Shown here: piece after piece, positions 18,481 through 28,406 of the stretch | Layout: every line of letters starts with the position of its first letter | How positions within the stretch are numbered: the stretch's first letter is position 1 | Source of the DNA: a virus | Lineage: Duplodnaviria; Caudoviricetes | Direction: 5' to 3' (one strand) | Length of the DNA: 64,000 nucleotides | IMG/VR virus record: IMGVR_UViG_3300025416_000002 | Span: 16,552 to 80,551 of that record | Position numbers and translations under genes: made by a program | The notes under the pieces: model-generated | What the model saw: only the letters and a program-made list of their open reading frames with translations | Database searches by the model: none | Told to the model about the DNA's origin: nothing

Positions 18481-21262
18481 TACATCAGGAGTACTCTCAA
18501 GACTGCAGGCTGCCTTATCGACTTTCGACCCTTCATGGGACGTTAGCGTAGGTAGTGCTACATACAAGATCCTTGAGTCAGTTGCTCAGGAAATTGCCAA
18601 TTCCAACAATAACTCTACGCTACAGACTTATAGCTATGACATCAATACGAAGTCTGGCAGTGACCTTGATACGTTCTGTAACCTGTTCGGTGTATACCGC
18701 CAGCTTGGTAAGCGGGCCGTGGGCACCGTTACCTTTTACTGCAACACGGCAACAGCAAACATTGTCAACATCCCTCTTGGTACCCAGGTAGCTGTTCCGG
18801 TTGGTGGCAACTACACAGCACCAGTCTATTTCGCCACGACTGCCCCAGCCATTATCCCAATCGGTGCAACCCAGGTTAACGTGCCTGTTATTGCATCTCT
18901 GCCAGGTATCTACGGCAATGTATATGCCAACACCGTTACAGCTTTGGTCTCTACGCTCAATGGCGTTACCAGTGTTTCCAACCTGAACAACATGACTGGT
19001 GGAACTGACCCAGAGAGTGACGCTCAGCTTCGTAGCAGATGGCAGAACTCTGCTTTCAACAACACGACTGGTACCAACGGTAAGTACATCCTCACCGCTC
19101 TGCAGAATCCTAACGTTAGTATTGCCAATGCCATTGGTCTTCAACAGTTCTACACGGAACAACTCCCTGTTCAGGCAACCATTAGTGGTGGTACGACTAA
19201 CTACGTAACGTTCCAGATGATCGCATATAGCGGTATGACCAACGTCATCAGCGGTACCACCTATAGCGGTACCAACGTAGTTACATTCAGCGGATTCCCC
19301 GCAAGCACCACAGGTACCACACTGGCAGCTGGTCTTCAGGCAATGATCAGCGGTGTTGCGCCTCAAAGCTACATTACTGTAACTGCAACCCCTACGGGCA
19401 ACACCATCTCTGGTGGCCTTAACATCACGCTTGGTGCACCTAGCCCATATCGTTTAACAATCGGTAGTGGTTCTGCTATTAACGGAGCTGGTGTAACTTC
19501 GAACGGAGCGGTTACCATCAGCGGTACCACATACACCGAATACATGCGAAGTCTTAATCAGGACATCGGTGCTTCAGGTACACCTACCTACAATGGTACA
19601 TATAGTGGTTTTGTTTTCCCACAAGGCAATGAGCTTGTCGGTAGCAACATCAACACCGCTAGCCAAACTGTTTACACACCGAACTCTGACTACTTCTACA
19701 ACAGTGGTGGTACGATTACCGTTACCGGGACGTTCTCTCCACAGATCTATTTGCAGATTGCTAACCCATCGTTCTACCCAAGCTTGTTCATCGGTAACAC
19801 CGTTCAGTTGATTTCCGAATACAACCCAGCGTCTAGCCGAGCAGCCACCATTACCAGTGGTAACTACGTTGACATCTTTATCAATGGCACCACTGCTGCC
19901 GTAGCCACTGAACAATCAGCATTCAACACGGCATTTACGCTCTCCTCAGGCAACACAAGCAACCGTTTCCAGAACACTCTGAACTACGTTCTCGGTAGTG
20001 GCTCTGTGGCTGCTTCAAACACGAACACATCTGGTGACTACTACGTACCATTCGATCGTCAGCCGATGATCAACTTCCCTGCGCAGGTTAGCACTGCATC
20101 TAGCGGTGTAGCAGACACAGTATTCCTGTATAACGCCGTCTCTAACAGTGGGTACACATACCCAATTGCCTTGAATAAGTACGGTTACATTAGTGTTACG
20201 GGCACTGTAAGTCCGACATCGTTTATGTACTCCTACTCTGCACCGATTGTTACTGGTGGCACAGTCAGTGGTGGATACAGCTCACCGTACATTGTGTTCA
20301 GCGGTACATCTGCGTTTATTTCTGGCAATGCTTTCCCAGGCACTGTCGTTGTTGTCACTGGTGCATCAAACAACAGTTATAACGGTACTTTCACGGTGGT
20401 TAGCGCGACCAACACGACCTTCTCGGTACAGGTTTTGGCAAACCCAGGAACTCTTACGGGGAATGCTACAGCATCGCTGGATAACAGCAATGGTGTCACC
20501 CTTAGCGGTAGCACCATCTCTGGTGTCAACTTCGTTGCAATCAACAATGCTAGTTCGTTCCTATACCCAGGACTTGCTTTGTCAAACAGCAACACTGCGA
20601 CTGGCATCCTGTCGCCTGGACAGAACTACTGGATCCAGAGTGTTTCTACCAGTGGTGTCTACCTTAACGCCAATGTCAACAACAGTGGAACCCTGACCAC
20701 GAGCGGTAAAGCTCTCGTTTACCCACTCTATGACATCACCAACACTAGTGCTAACAGTGTTTTGTCTATGAACGGCCTTGCTTTTGATGCCACTACGCCA
20801 CCCTCTGGTTGGCCAACTCTCCCCGCTTCAGGTAGCTCATGGGTACAATACACCCACAACTTCAACAATGATGTTGTAGATGTCGAGTCGTTGATCCAGC
20901 AGAGTAGACCAATCGGTGTGAACACCTTGACCCACCAAGCTAGCTACCAGCCATTGTCGATCGCTTTGAGAATCGTGTTGGCACCTGGATATAGCCTTAC
21001 AACCGTTCAATCGAACATTACCAACCAGCTCAACCAGTACTTCTCTGGATTTAATTTCCTTGCGATCCTGTCCTTTGCTAGCTTGCAATCACAGATCCTC
21101 GGCGTATCTGGTGTTGCCAATGCCAAGGTTACTGGCGTAAGCATCGTTGCGCTTGATGGCACAACGATAAGCACATACACGAACGACTTCGTGCTGGGTA
21201 GCAACCAGCTGCCAGTTCTTAGCAACATCAAGTACACAGTCGTAGGAACGAGTACGTTCTAA
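18473..21262 (+). CDS. Baseplate J-like wedge protein (enlarged)
   Basis: GSDLDTFCNLFGVYR, AVGTVTF, GGTDPESDAQLRSR motifs; start moved to ATG 18473. Confidence 0.85.
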   Translation: MADTSGVLSRLQAALSTFDPSWDVSVGSATYKILESVAQEIANSNNNSTLQTYSYDINTKSGSDLDTFCNLFGVYRQLGKRAVGTVTFYCNTATANIVNIPLGTQVAVPVGGNYTAPVYFATTAPAIIPIGATQVNVPVIASLPGIYGNVYANTVTALVSTLNGVTSVSNLNNMTGGTDPESDAQLRSRWQNSAFNNTTGTNGKYILTALQNPNVSIANAIGLQQFYTEQLPVQATISGGTTNYVTFQMIAYSGMTNVISGTTYSGTNVVTFSGFPASTTGTTLAAGLQAMISGVAPQSYITVTATPTGNTISGGLNITLGAPSPYRLTIGSGSAINGAGVTSNGAVTISGTTYTEYMRSLNQDIGASGTPTYNGTYSGFVFPQGNELVGSNINTASQTVYTPNSDYFYNSGGTITVTGTFSPQIYLQIANPSFYPSLFIGNTVQLISEYNPASSRAATITSGNYVDIFINGTTAAVATEQSAFNTAFTLSSGNTSNRFQNTLNYVLGSGSVAASNTNTSGDYYVPFDRQPMINFPAQVSTASSGVADTVFLYNAVSNSGYTYPIALNKYGYISVTGTVSPTSFMYSYSAPIVTGGTVSGGYSSPYIVFSGTSAFISGNAFPGTVVVVTGASNNSYNGTFTVVSATNTTFSVQVLANPGTLTGNATASLDNSNGVTLSGSTISGVNFVAINNASSFLYPGLALSNSNTATGILSPGQNYWIQSVSTSGVYLNANVNNSGTLTTSGKALVYPLYDITNTSANSVLSMNGLAFDATTPPSGWPTLPASGSSWVQYTHNFNNDVVDVESLIQQSRPIGVNTLTHQASYQPLSIALRIVLAPGYSLTTVQSNITNQLNQYFSGFNFLAILSFASLQSQILGVSGVANAKVTGVSIVALDGTTISTYTNDFVLGSNQLPVLSNIKYTVVGTSTF

Positions 21263-22224
21263 TGTCAGGCAATATGTTCTCGATCTCGCCCAACTCTACG
21301 CTGGCGAGCAAGGTTGCTAACTTCCCAGAGGATGTTTATAACTTTAACGAGGGCGACAACCTTACTAACTTGATGACCATCCTGCTGGGTAACAGCGGTA
21401 CTGGCCAGCTCAAGAACATTCAGACCGTTGCACGTCTTGGGCAAGAGATCATTGAGTACAGCAACCTAGACAACATCCTGGGTCAGATCTTCAACATCCA
21501 GCGTACATCATCTGAGATTTACAGTTTTTCTACGAACCCCTTCATTGATCAGCTTCAGCAAACTCAGTGGCAAGAGATCGTTCGCAAAGACGCTAGCTAC
21601 CGAGAGCGTCTCCTTGGTGCTGCCGAAGCTTTCCAGAATGGTGCTACCCTTTGGGCAATTGTCACTCTATGCGAAGCACTGTCTGGTCTTAAGTTCTATG
21701 TAACTGAAAGCTGGAGAACACCTAACTTAGGTAGACAAGCGATCAATCCTGGCCAAGAGGTTGTGCTCATTCCCATTAGCGACGGTATATACTTCAATTG
21801 GGATCAGAGCAAGGCACAGCAAATCCTCAACGTTATCAACAACGTCGTAGCTTCGAATTTTGTAATCAGTTTTAGTGCAGTAAGAAACACTTTGACGCCA
21901 GTTCCTTTGAGCGCAGCAACAGTATCCGGATCTGAACCTGCAGGATACTCGGAGTATTTCTACCTTCAGCCCACTGTTACTGCCAATGGTATCTACACGC
22001 CAGCCAACATCCCACCAGGTGCAGGAACTCGTTACTGGCTAGTCAACAACCAGAAGACACCGGCACCTTATTTCTCTCACCTCCAAACACAGGAAGCGGT
22101 TATCGACTTGACTGGGAATATTTCTAGCGTTACCTGTACAGATACTAACGGCGATGGAGCACCTAGCAATAGCGTTGCCCAGCCCACACTACAAGTTACT
22201 GCGACTCTTTACGGTGCACAATAA
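21262..22224 (+). CDS. Baseplate wedge protein (gpI-like)
   Basis: Follows J; LDNILGQIFNIQR...DASYRERL motif. Confidence 0.6.
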   Translation: MSGNMFSISPNSTLASKVANFPEDVYNFNEGDNLTNLMTILLGNSGTGQLKNIQTVARLGQEIIEYSNLDNILGQIFNIQRTSSEIYSFSTNPFIDQLQQTQWQEIVRKDASYRERLLGAAEAFQNGATLWAIVTLCEALSGLKFYVTESWRTPNLGRQAINPGQEVVLIPISDGIYFNWDQSKAQQILNVINNVVASNFVISFSAVRNTLTPVPLSAATVSGSEPAGYSEYFYLQPTVTANGIYTPANIPPGAGTRYWLVNNQKTPAPYFSHLQTQEAVIDLTGNISSVTCTDTNGDGAPSNSVAQPTLQVTATLYGAQ

Positions 22225-25200
22225 TGTCTATCATTCCTAACAACATCGACCCATTACAGGAATATGTTTCTGGTGGCATTTACCCACCACTAACTGTAGA
22301 TGGCCTTGTCTACAACAAGGTGTATGCACAGACCGGTGTTATCGACGTACTGTCTAATACTCAGAAGACTGGTTACACAGACCCAAGCACCAATGTAATT
22401 AACGGCAACAACAACAGCATCGTGTTCGGACAGAACCAGGAAACGTCTTGGATCTCGAGTGCTCAATTCGGTGGCCCTGGAAGCATCTCTGTTGTGCTTA
22501 CCTACAACTTCAACACCACTTCTTACTATAACTACGTTAGCCTTGACGTCCTTAACGTTCCATGCTTCGTAGAGCTGGGCTACATTATCAACGGTAATTG
22601 GAATGCCCTCCCAGGTGCATCTACGTTTGTGATCAATGGTGGCAACAACATCTACACACAATCTGACTTCTTGCTTCTGCAGTATCAAGCACCATCAACG
22701 CAGGGAAGCCCCAATCTATCTGTTCGCATTACGAGAAACCAAAACGTTCAATCGATCAGCAATGGCATCCCAACCAACATCGCTTATTCAGTCGGTGTAC
22801 AGAACGTGACTGTACGACTGCAAGTTCTGCAATCCTCCGATGTCCCATCAGGCGTTTTAAAAAATGCGAGTGGCATCATTACCCAGAATCGACTGGGATT
22901 TATTGAGAACTACTCTTACCAGAATTACCCTGTAAGCAATGCTTTCAATACGGGCACCAATTACTGGAAGAGTGCGCCACAACCGACTGCCGACTCTGTT
23001 GTTTACTTCTATGCAAAGATCAACGACACTACGGCGACATCGATCAACCGCCTCTACATTGATCCGCTTTACAGTACAAGCCGTTTCAATATTTACTTTA
23101 CAACCAACACAACTTCTGGTGGCCTTATTGATCCAGATACGTTTACCTGGACGCCAATCCAAAGAGACTTCATACTTAGGAAGGGTCTCTACGATCTACC
23201 AACTGTAAGCGCCACATATCTTAAGTTCGAGTTCGTACAACTTGTGCCAGAAGCGTACGACTTGCCAATTGATTCCGTAACGAGAACCATCAACGTGTTC
23301 CCAGCTGACGTGGAAGACTACTACTACCAGCTAGAGAGCATGATCCTAGACGGGGATTCTACGCAATATTCTTACATTGGCAACAACATCAACCCTCAGA
23401 CAGCAACGACAACCAGCCTTAACGCTTCCACGCTGTTCGGTCTTTCGTCCAACACAGTTGCCAATGCTAACACCTGGCCGAGCCTTTCAGCTTTGAATGC
23501 TTCTCAGTATGGCAACTCAACAACAGTCGCTCTCAATACGAACTCATATATCATTGACCCAACAATGAGCTACAAGACCATTGACAACAATGGTAATTAC
23601 AACGGTGTCGCTTACAATCAGTTCCTTCAGCGTCGATTCCCCAACGCAAGAACGCACGCATACACGCAGATCACACTCGAGCAGAACTGGCATGAAGCTT
23701 ACTTCACCGGTATTCAGTATCTGACTGCCTTCTACGAGCAACAATACGACGACATTCGCAGTACGCCAACGAACCTTTACGCTACGAATGGCACTACGTC
23801 TGGATTCAATTCTCAAAATGTCAACTACGTAGGTCTTCAACCAGACGATATCGCAACTACGAGCTGGTACCCAACCATCGATTCATTCAAGAGCTTCAAC
23901 ATTGGCGCTATAACAAGCGACTGGAACAGTTTCTTGAGCGATAGCCAGGTCTTGATGAATAGCTCATCTGTCCTGCAGAATACTTACAACTGTACAGCGA
24001 GCGCGGTAGGTAATTTCGGCAATAGCACTATCGTGTCAGTACAACAACTTACACATGGTACGCCTTACAACATTAGATCTGGCAGCTACCAGACCTCAAC
24101 CAATGAGATTTCTTACACCGACGCCAACTTCCTTACCCTAACAAGCTGGTCAGGTCTTGGTGGCACAACCATCACTGGAACACTTGTCTCATGGGCATCT
24201 GGCACCAACAATGGCACGGCAAGTGGACTAAGCGTAAGCGGTGGTACGTACTCTGCTGCCTATAACTTCACAATCCCTGGTGTAGTCGCTAGCGGTACAA
24301 CTCCATGGGAAGTCCAGCTTGCTGTTCCTGCTTATGGTGTAGTGGGTCTTGGTTCTTACGTGCCATCTATCTCCGGTAACTCCGGAGCAATCAACTACTA
24401 CTTCTACACTGGTGTACAGGTATCCGGTACTGCTGCTGGAATTTCAAATGTTAATGGTTCCATTAGCGGTAGCACGAGATTTGTTAACCCAACTACTGGT
24501 GCAGCAATCTCTGGGACCACGGTAACAGGAACAACTGCAAACTTCGTAAGTGGAACTAGCAGCAACCTAGGCTATGTAACCAGCACAAACTACACGACTA
24601 GTGGGTATCCATCTAACACAATCCAGTTCGTCGTTAGCGGTAGTGGTACTGGAGCATATGACCTTTACCAACTCGGTGTTTTCCCAACTCCAACGACTCA
24701 ATGGGTGTCTCCGCAGGACCGTAAGTACATGCGTGTATCGGGTGTTGCGAGAATCTTCCTGCCATTTACTGACCTGGGTACATACAGAATTAGCTTATTT
24801 GCTACTAGCAGTACTGGTGTTCTCACTGAGCTGGTATACAAGCAATTTAACCCAGGGTACATTCCCCTCAACACATGGTTCGATGTAGAGCTCGAGACGT
24901 TTACCGGAGACAACTACACGCAGTTCTACGTAGAAGTCCAGCAGGTTAACGGAACTATCAACGAGGTGTTCTACGTAGCAATGCTTTCGCCGTTCTACCA
25001 CCCAGTACGTTTTGAGTACACGACGATAAGTGGATCTACGTACCCGAATAACTACCAGTTCATCACTGGTCCTATCGGTAACTCAGATTACTTTGTAAGT
25101 ACCATCTCTGGTTTACCAGCAAGTGGTATCCAGCTGAGAATGACTTCGCTTGATCCGAATATCTTCATATCAGGAGTCAGTGTCGTACCTTACTACAAGC

Positions 25201-25379
25201 AGTCTCCATACTATGCCGAACTGAATATTGACTACATCGGTGTAAGTAAAACCAACGAGGTTAGTGTACGCAGAGCAGTAGAGAATAAGCCGTACTTCCA
25301 GAACAACACAGGTATTTACCCATCACGTTTTGGTATTCCTACTGTAGTTGGACCAAACGTTGGGTACGTCGTCGGTTGA
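22224..25379 (+). CDS. Large baseplate/tail protein
   Basis: 1051 aa, beta-rich, with discoidin-like segments (NAFNTGTNYWKS; TYLKFEFVQL); last gene of the structural block. Confidence 0.6.
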   Translation: MSIIPNNIDPLQEYVSGGIYPPLTVDGLVYNKVYAQTGVIDVLSNTQKTGYTDPSTNVINGNNNSIVFGQNQETSWISSAQFGGPGSISVVLTYNFNTTSYYNYVSLDVLNVPCFVELGYIINGNWNALPGASTFVINGGNNIYTQSDFLLLQYQAPSTQGSPNLSVRITRNQNVQSISNGIPTNIAYSVGVQNVTVRLQVLQSSDVPSGVLKNASGIITQNRLGFIENYSYQNYPVSNAFNTGTNYWKSAPQPTADSVVYFYAKINDTTATSINRLYIDPLYSTSRFNIYFTTNTTSGGLIDPDTFTWTPIQRDFILRKGLYDLPTVSATYLKFEFVQLVPEAYDLPIDSVTRTINVFPADVEDYYYQLESMILDGDSTQYSYIGNNINPQTATTTSLNASTLFGLSSNTVANANTWPSLSALNASQYGNSTTVALNTNSYIIDPTMSYKTIDNNGNYNGVAYNQFLQRRFPNARTHAYTQITLEQNWHEAYFTGIQYLTAFYEQQYDDIRSTPTNLYATNGTTSGFNSQNVNYVGLQPDDIATTSWYPTIDSFKSFNIGAITSDWNSFLSDSQVLMNSSSVLQNTYNCTASAVGNFGNSTIVSVQQLTHGTPYNIRSGSYQTSTNEISYTDANFLTLTSWSGLGGTTITGTLVSWASGTNNGTASGLSVSGGTYSAAYNFTIPGVVASGTTPWEVQLAVPAYGVVGLGSYVPSISGNSGAINYYFYTGVQVSGTAAGISNVNGSISGSTRFVNPTTGAAISGTTVTGTTANFVSGTSSNLGYVTSTNYTTSGYPSNTIQFVVSGSGTGAYDLYQLGVFPTPTTQWVSPQDRKYMRVSGVARIFLPFTDLGTYRISLFATSSTGVLTELVYKQFNPGYIPLNTWFDVELETFTGDNYTQFYVEVQQVNGTINEVFYVAMLSPFYHPVRFEYTTISGSTYPNNYQFITGPIGNSDYFVSTISGLPASGIQLRMTSLDPNIFISGVSVVPYYKQSPYYAELNIDYIGVSKTNEVSVRRAVENKPYFQNNTGIYPSRFGIPTVVGPNVGYVVG

Positions 25380-25404
25380 ACTTTTCTATCAGTCATGATA
25401 TGAT
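25376..25404 (+). promoter_or_regulatory. SigA/sigma70-type promoter, likely leaderless, for the helicase
   Basis: TTGAAC-17 nt-TATGAT; the ATG at 25411 lies 7 nt after the -10 box and has no SD. Confidence 0.6.
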
Positions 25405-25410
25405 TGGTGC

Positions 25411-27270
25411 ATGAGTTCAGAAAAAGTTATATATGTACAGAGAAGTGAAGTTCTCAATGGAGTACTAAGATATAGCAGTTTGGACCCAGAAGTCAAGAAA
25501 TTATTTTCACTAGATTCCTACGGTACTCTTCGGGATCGTGACAAGATCAGCTTTTTTGATGACTTGATCAGGTATAACGGTTACGAACTTGAGTTTGAAA
25601 ACGACGAAGCCAAAGAACGGTACTACTCCCTCTTGGCATGCAGTAAGGAACCTTTTGAAGTAAACAGTCCTTTCTTGGATGACCACAAACTCTTTCCCTT
25701 CCAGCATGTTGGTTTGAACTACGTCTGGGAACAGATTCATTCAGATAAGCCACGAGTCCTTGTCCAGTGGGACACAGGTGCTGGCAAGACCCTCCTCAGC
25801 TGCTTGACCAGTCAGAAGCTTTTCGACAACGGTGACATTGACATGGTCCTTGTCTTCTGTAAGAAGATCAAGCAGTACGACTGGGAGCAAGAGTACAAGC
25901 GGATGACTCACCTGACCGTCGATCGTGTCGGTGAGAAGATGACCCGTGCCAAGAGGCACGCCTTCTATGAGCAGAACAAGTCGCAGGTGCTCGTATTGAA
26001 CTACGAGAAGGTCCGCGATGGGTCAATGAAGAAAGTCAAGGGTCAGCGTCGTCGTGTCAAGTCATATGACCGCACCGATCTAGAGCAGATCCTGGAGATG
26101 GTCAAGGATAAGCGTGTTCTTATCGTCATCGACGAATCTCAGAAGATCAACACTGGTACCAGCCTGCTGAGCGATGGTTTCTATAAGCTCATCAACGAGT
26201 CAGCGACCCACTCACGAGTGCTGGCATTGACCGCTACACCATACACCACCAGCCCATTGAACATCCGCAACATCATGGCCGTGGTTGCCCCTGGTATCCC
26301 TGACGTAAGCGACATGAACCGTGACAAGTTCAAGGCAATGTACGGCAAAGACTTCGGTTACTTCAACAACGGCTTTGTCCAGGAAGTATACGTGAAGGAA
26401 TGGGATCGTACGAAGCTCCCCATCCTTGGTAAGAAGCACGAGGACTGGACGCACATCGCTATGAAGAGCGACCCCAGCATCGCTGCTCAGTTCCCTGAGA
26501 GTATGCCCAAGCGTCTGGTGTACGAGCTCTCTGACATCGACCGTGAAATCTACGATTGGGCTGAGGAACGTGCTCGTGAGAAGTACAACCCAGACAACCC
26601 TGTAGCCAACTGGTCTTACATCGACATGCTTCGGATGATCTGTAACTCTACCGAAGGGCTCAAGAACAGTGACAGCCGCTTCGCCAAGGAGATTGTCGCA
26701 GAGTTTGGCTCAGACATCAGTATTGCCAACAGCTCGAAGTACCAGCTGATCGAAGGCAACCTCGAATCGTACATCGAAAACGGTGACAAGTCTGTACTGT
26801 TTACCTTCTGGACGCACGGCACCCTGTTCCCCTACCTAGAAGCCTTGCGTGCGAAGTTCTCAGATGTACCAATCCTGCCTATCTGGGGTGTTGGCATGAG
26901 CAGTGATGAAGTAACCAAGAACATCAAGACATTCAACGAAACCAAGGGGCCAGCCATCCTGATTACCAGTGACGTTGGCCAGGAAGGATTGAACCTGTAT
27001 GCGCCATACCTCTGGAATATTGAAATTCCAAGGACTTATGCGGAATATAAACAAAGAGCTAACCGAATTAACCGAGCTGACTCGAAATCAAAGGGGATTA
27101 ATCACACTTGGATCTACCGCCCAGTTGCGAGCAATACAATCGAAGAGCGAGTTGATAGTAAAGTTCTGCGAAGAAGAGCTGAGGCAGAATCTATCCGTGG
27201 AGTAGTGGACGAGCTTGGCGACATGGAAGACACAATCGATCTAACCCCTAAGGGTTTCCTGTTTAAATAA
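25411..27270 (+). CDS. SNF2-family (SF2) helicase/ATPase
   Basis: Walker A DTGAGKT, DEXX-type VIDESQKI, LALTATP, GQEGLNL and QRANRINR motifs. Confidence 0.85.
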   Translation: MSSEKVIYVQRSEVLNGVLRYSSLDPEVKKLFSLDSYGTLRDRDKISFFDDLIRYNGYELEFENDEAKERYYSLLACSKEPFEVNSPFLDDHKLFPFQHVGLNYVWEQIHSDKPRVLVQWDTGAGKTLLSCLTSQKLFDNGDIDMVLVFCKKIKQYDWEQEYKRMTHLTVDRVGEKMTRAKRHAFYEQNKSQVLVLNYEKVRDGSMKKVKGQRRRVKSYDRTDLEQILEMVKDKRVLIVIDESQKINTGTSLLSDGFYKLINESATHSRVLALTATPYTTSPLNIRNIMAVVAPGIPDVSDMNRDKFKAMYGKDFGYFNNGFVQEVYVKEWDRTKLPILGKKHEDWTHIAMKSDPSIAAQFPESMPKRLVYELSDIDREIYDWAEERAREKYNPDNPVANWSYIDMLRMICNSTEGLKNSDSRFAKEIVAEFGSDISIANSSKYQLIEGNLESYIENGDKSVLFTFWTHGTLFPYLEALRAKFSDVPILPIWGVGMSSDEVTKNIKTFNETKGPAILITSDVGQEGLNLYAPYLWNIEIPRTYAEYKQRANRINRADSKSKGINHTWIYRPVASNTIEERVDSKVLRRRAEAESIRGVVDELGDMEDTIDLTPKGFLFK

Positions 27271-27312
27271 ACGAAAGGATTTAAAAAGGGTTAGAACTTG
27301 GTCCTAGGTATT

Positions 27313-27407
27313 GAAGAGATTCATTCTCAGAATCCTTCCCGTAGGGCCTGGTCTTCCTCGGGGGTTGCAGTCGACGTTCTGTTACGACTCCCCCCGAGGC
27401 CCTTCGG
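27313..27407 (+). other. Structured intergenic/leader element (two hairpins) upstream of whiB
   Basis: GAAG-A-GATTC/GAATC-CTTC hairpin 27313-27338; long hairpin 27339-27407 (AGGGCCT/AGGCCCT, CGGGGG/CCCCCG, AGTCG/CGACT). Confidence 0.5.
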
Positions 27408-27415
27408 TAAATATT

Positions 27416-27814
27416 ATGGAAAAAACAACCATTGACTATACGTGGCAAAGGCATTCACTCTGTGCCACAATGGATTTAAAGCTCTTCTACCCTCCACAAG
27501 GTAAAAGATATTCCACGGAAGCAGCAGCAGCCTGCGCATCGTGCCCAGTCAAGCAAGAGTGCATTGATCATGCGCTGAAGTATGAAGAGTATGGCTACTG
27601 GTCTGGCACCACACCCAAAGAACGGGAAGCAATGCGCAAGGAGCTGGGTGTTGAACTGGTCGATATCTCCTACGAGTCTAGCTTAGTTCTTGCAGAAGAG
27701 GTCCGCAAGCACGAAGAATTTACCAACAGCCTAAAAATTAAAGGCCGTGGAAGAAAGCCAAAAAGCTTGCTTTTGCAAGACACCAATGATACGATCATCT
27801 CGGAGAACGAATAA
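27416..27814 (+). CDS. whiB: WhiB-family Fe-S transcription factor
   Basis: Four Cys in WhiB spacing (LCATMD..LFYP..AAACASCPVKQECIDHAL) and G-x-W-x-G-T-T-x-x-ER turn; ATG 27416 preferred to TTG 27311. Confidence 0.85.
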   Translation: MEKTTIDYTWQRHSLCATMDLKLFYPPQGKRYSTEAAAACASCPVKQECIDHALKYEEYGYWSGTTPKEREAMRKELGVELVDISYESSLVLAEEVRKHEEFTNSLKIKGRGRKPKSLLLQDTNDTIISENE

Positions 27815-28368
27815 TGTATTCTGAGATCACAGTGTTAACTGCCACAATTCCAGAGCGTATCGACATGCTCAAGGAATGCATCGAGTCAGTAGCCAACCAG
27901 ACACTTAAGCCTGTGACGCACAACATCATCGTTGATGTTAACAAGCGGGGCAATCACTTTACATACAATGACTTGCTAAGCACCGTCAAGACTAAATGGT
28001 TGTGCTTCCTAGATGACGATGATGTGTTCTACCCGGACCACCTTGAGAAGCTAGTAAAGAATTCTGAAGGCTACGACATCGTATTTGCTAACGCAGATGT
28101 CAATGACCCACTCAATATCATCCGCTACAACGACAACAACTTCGATCCCAAGCAGCTTGCTGTTGAATCAGTTGTTCCGATTACAGCGTTAGTAAAGACT
28201 GCTGCAGTACTAGACGTTGGTGGGTTTGAGCCAGTGCAGAGCTGTGACTATAAGCTATGGCGCAGCCTCTATTTTGCTGGATACAAGTTCAACAAGATCA
28301 ATGATGTCACGTGGCGCTACCGTTTTCACGACACAAATTTTTCGCGTAAAGGTATTACGTGGAACTAA
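27814..28368 (+). CDS. Glycosyltransferase family 2 (GT-A)
   Basis: ITVLTATIPER, SVANQT, WLCFLDDDD DxD motif, DYKLW. Confidence 0.85.
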   Translation: MYSEITVLTATIPERIDMLKECIESVANQTLKPVTHNIIVDVNKRGNHFTYNDLLSTVKTKWLCFLDDDDVFYPDHLEKLVKNSEGYDIVFANADVNDPLNIIRYNDNNFDPKQLAVESVVPITALVKTAAVLDVGGFEPVQSCDYKLWRSLYFAGYKFNKINDVTWRYRFHDTNFSRKGITWN

Positions 28369-28406
28369 CTTATAGTGTATAATCTTAGAAAGAACAAAGG
28401 ATAAAA

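Noticed and set aside
24771-24781. GACCTGGGTAC as a third pseudoknot copy
   Set aside because: Inside a CDS; no GTC partner and no downstream TACCCA
27311-27415. 35-aa N-terminal extension of WhiB from TTG 27311
   Set aside because: The sequence is better explained by the hairpins; the WhiB domain begins naturally after ATG 27416
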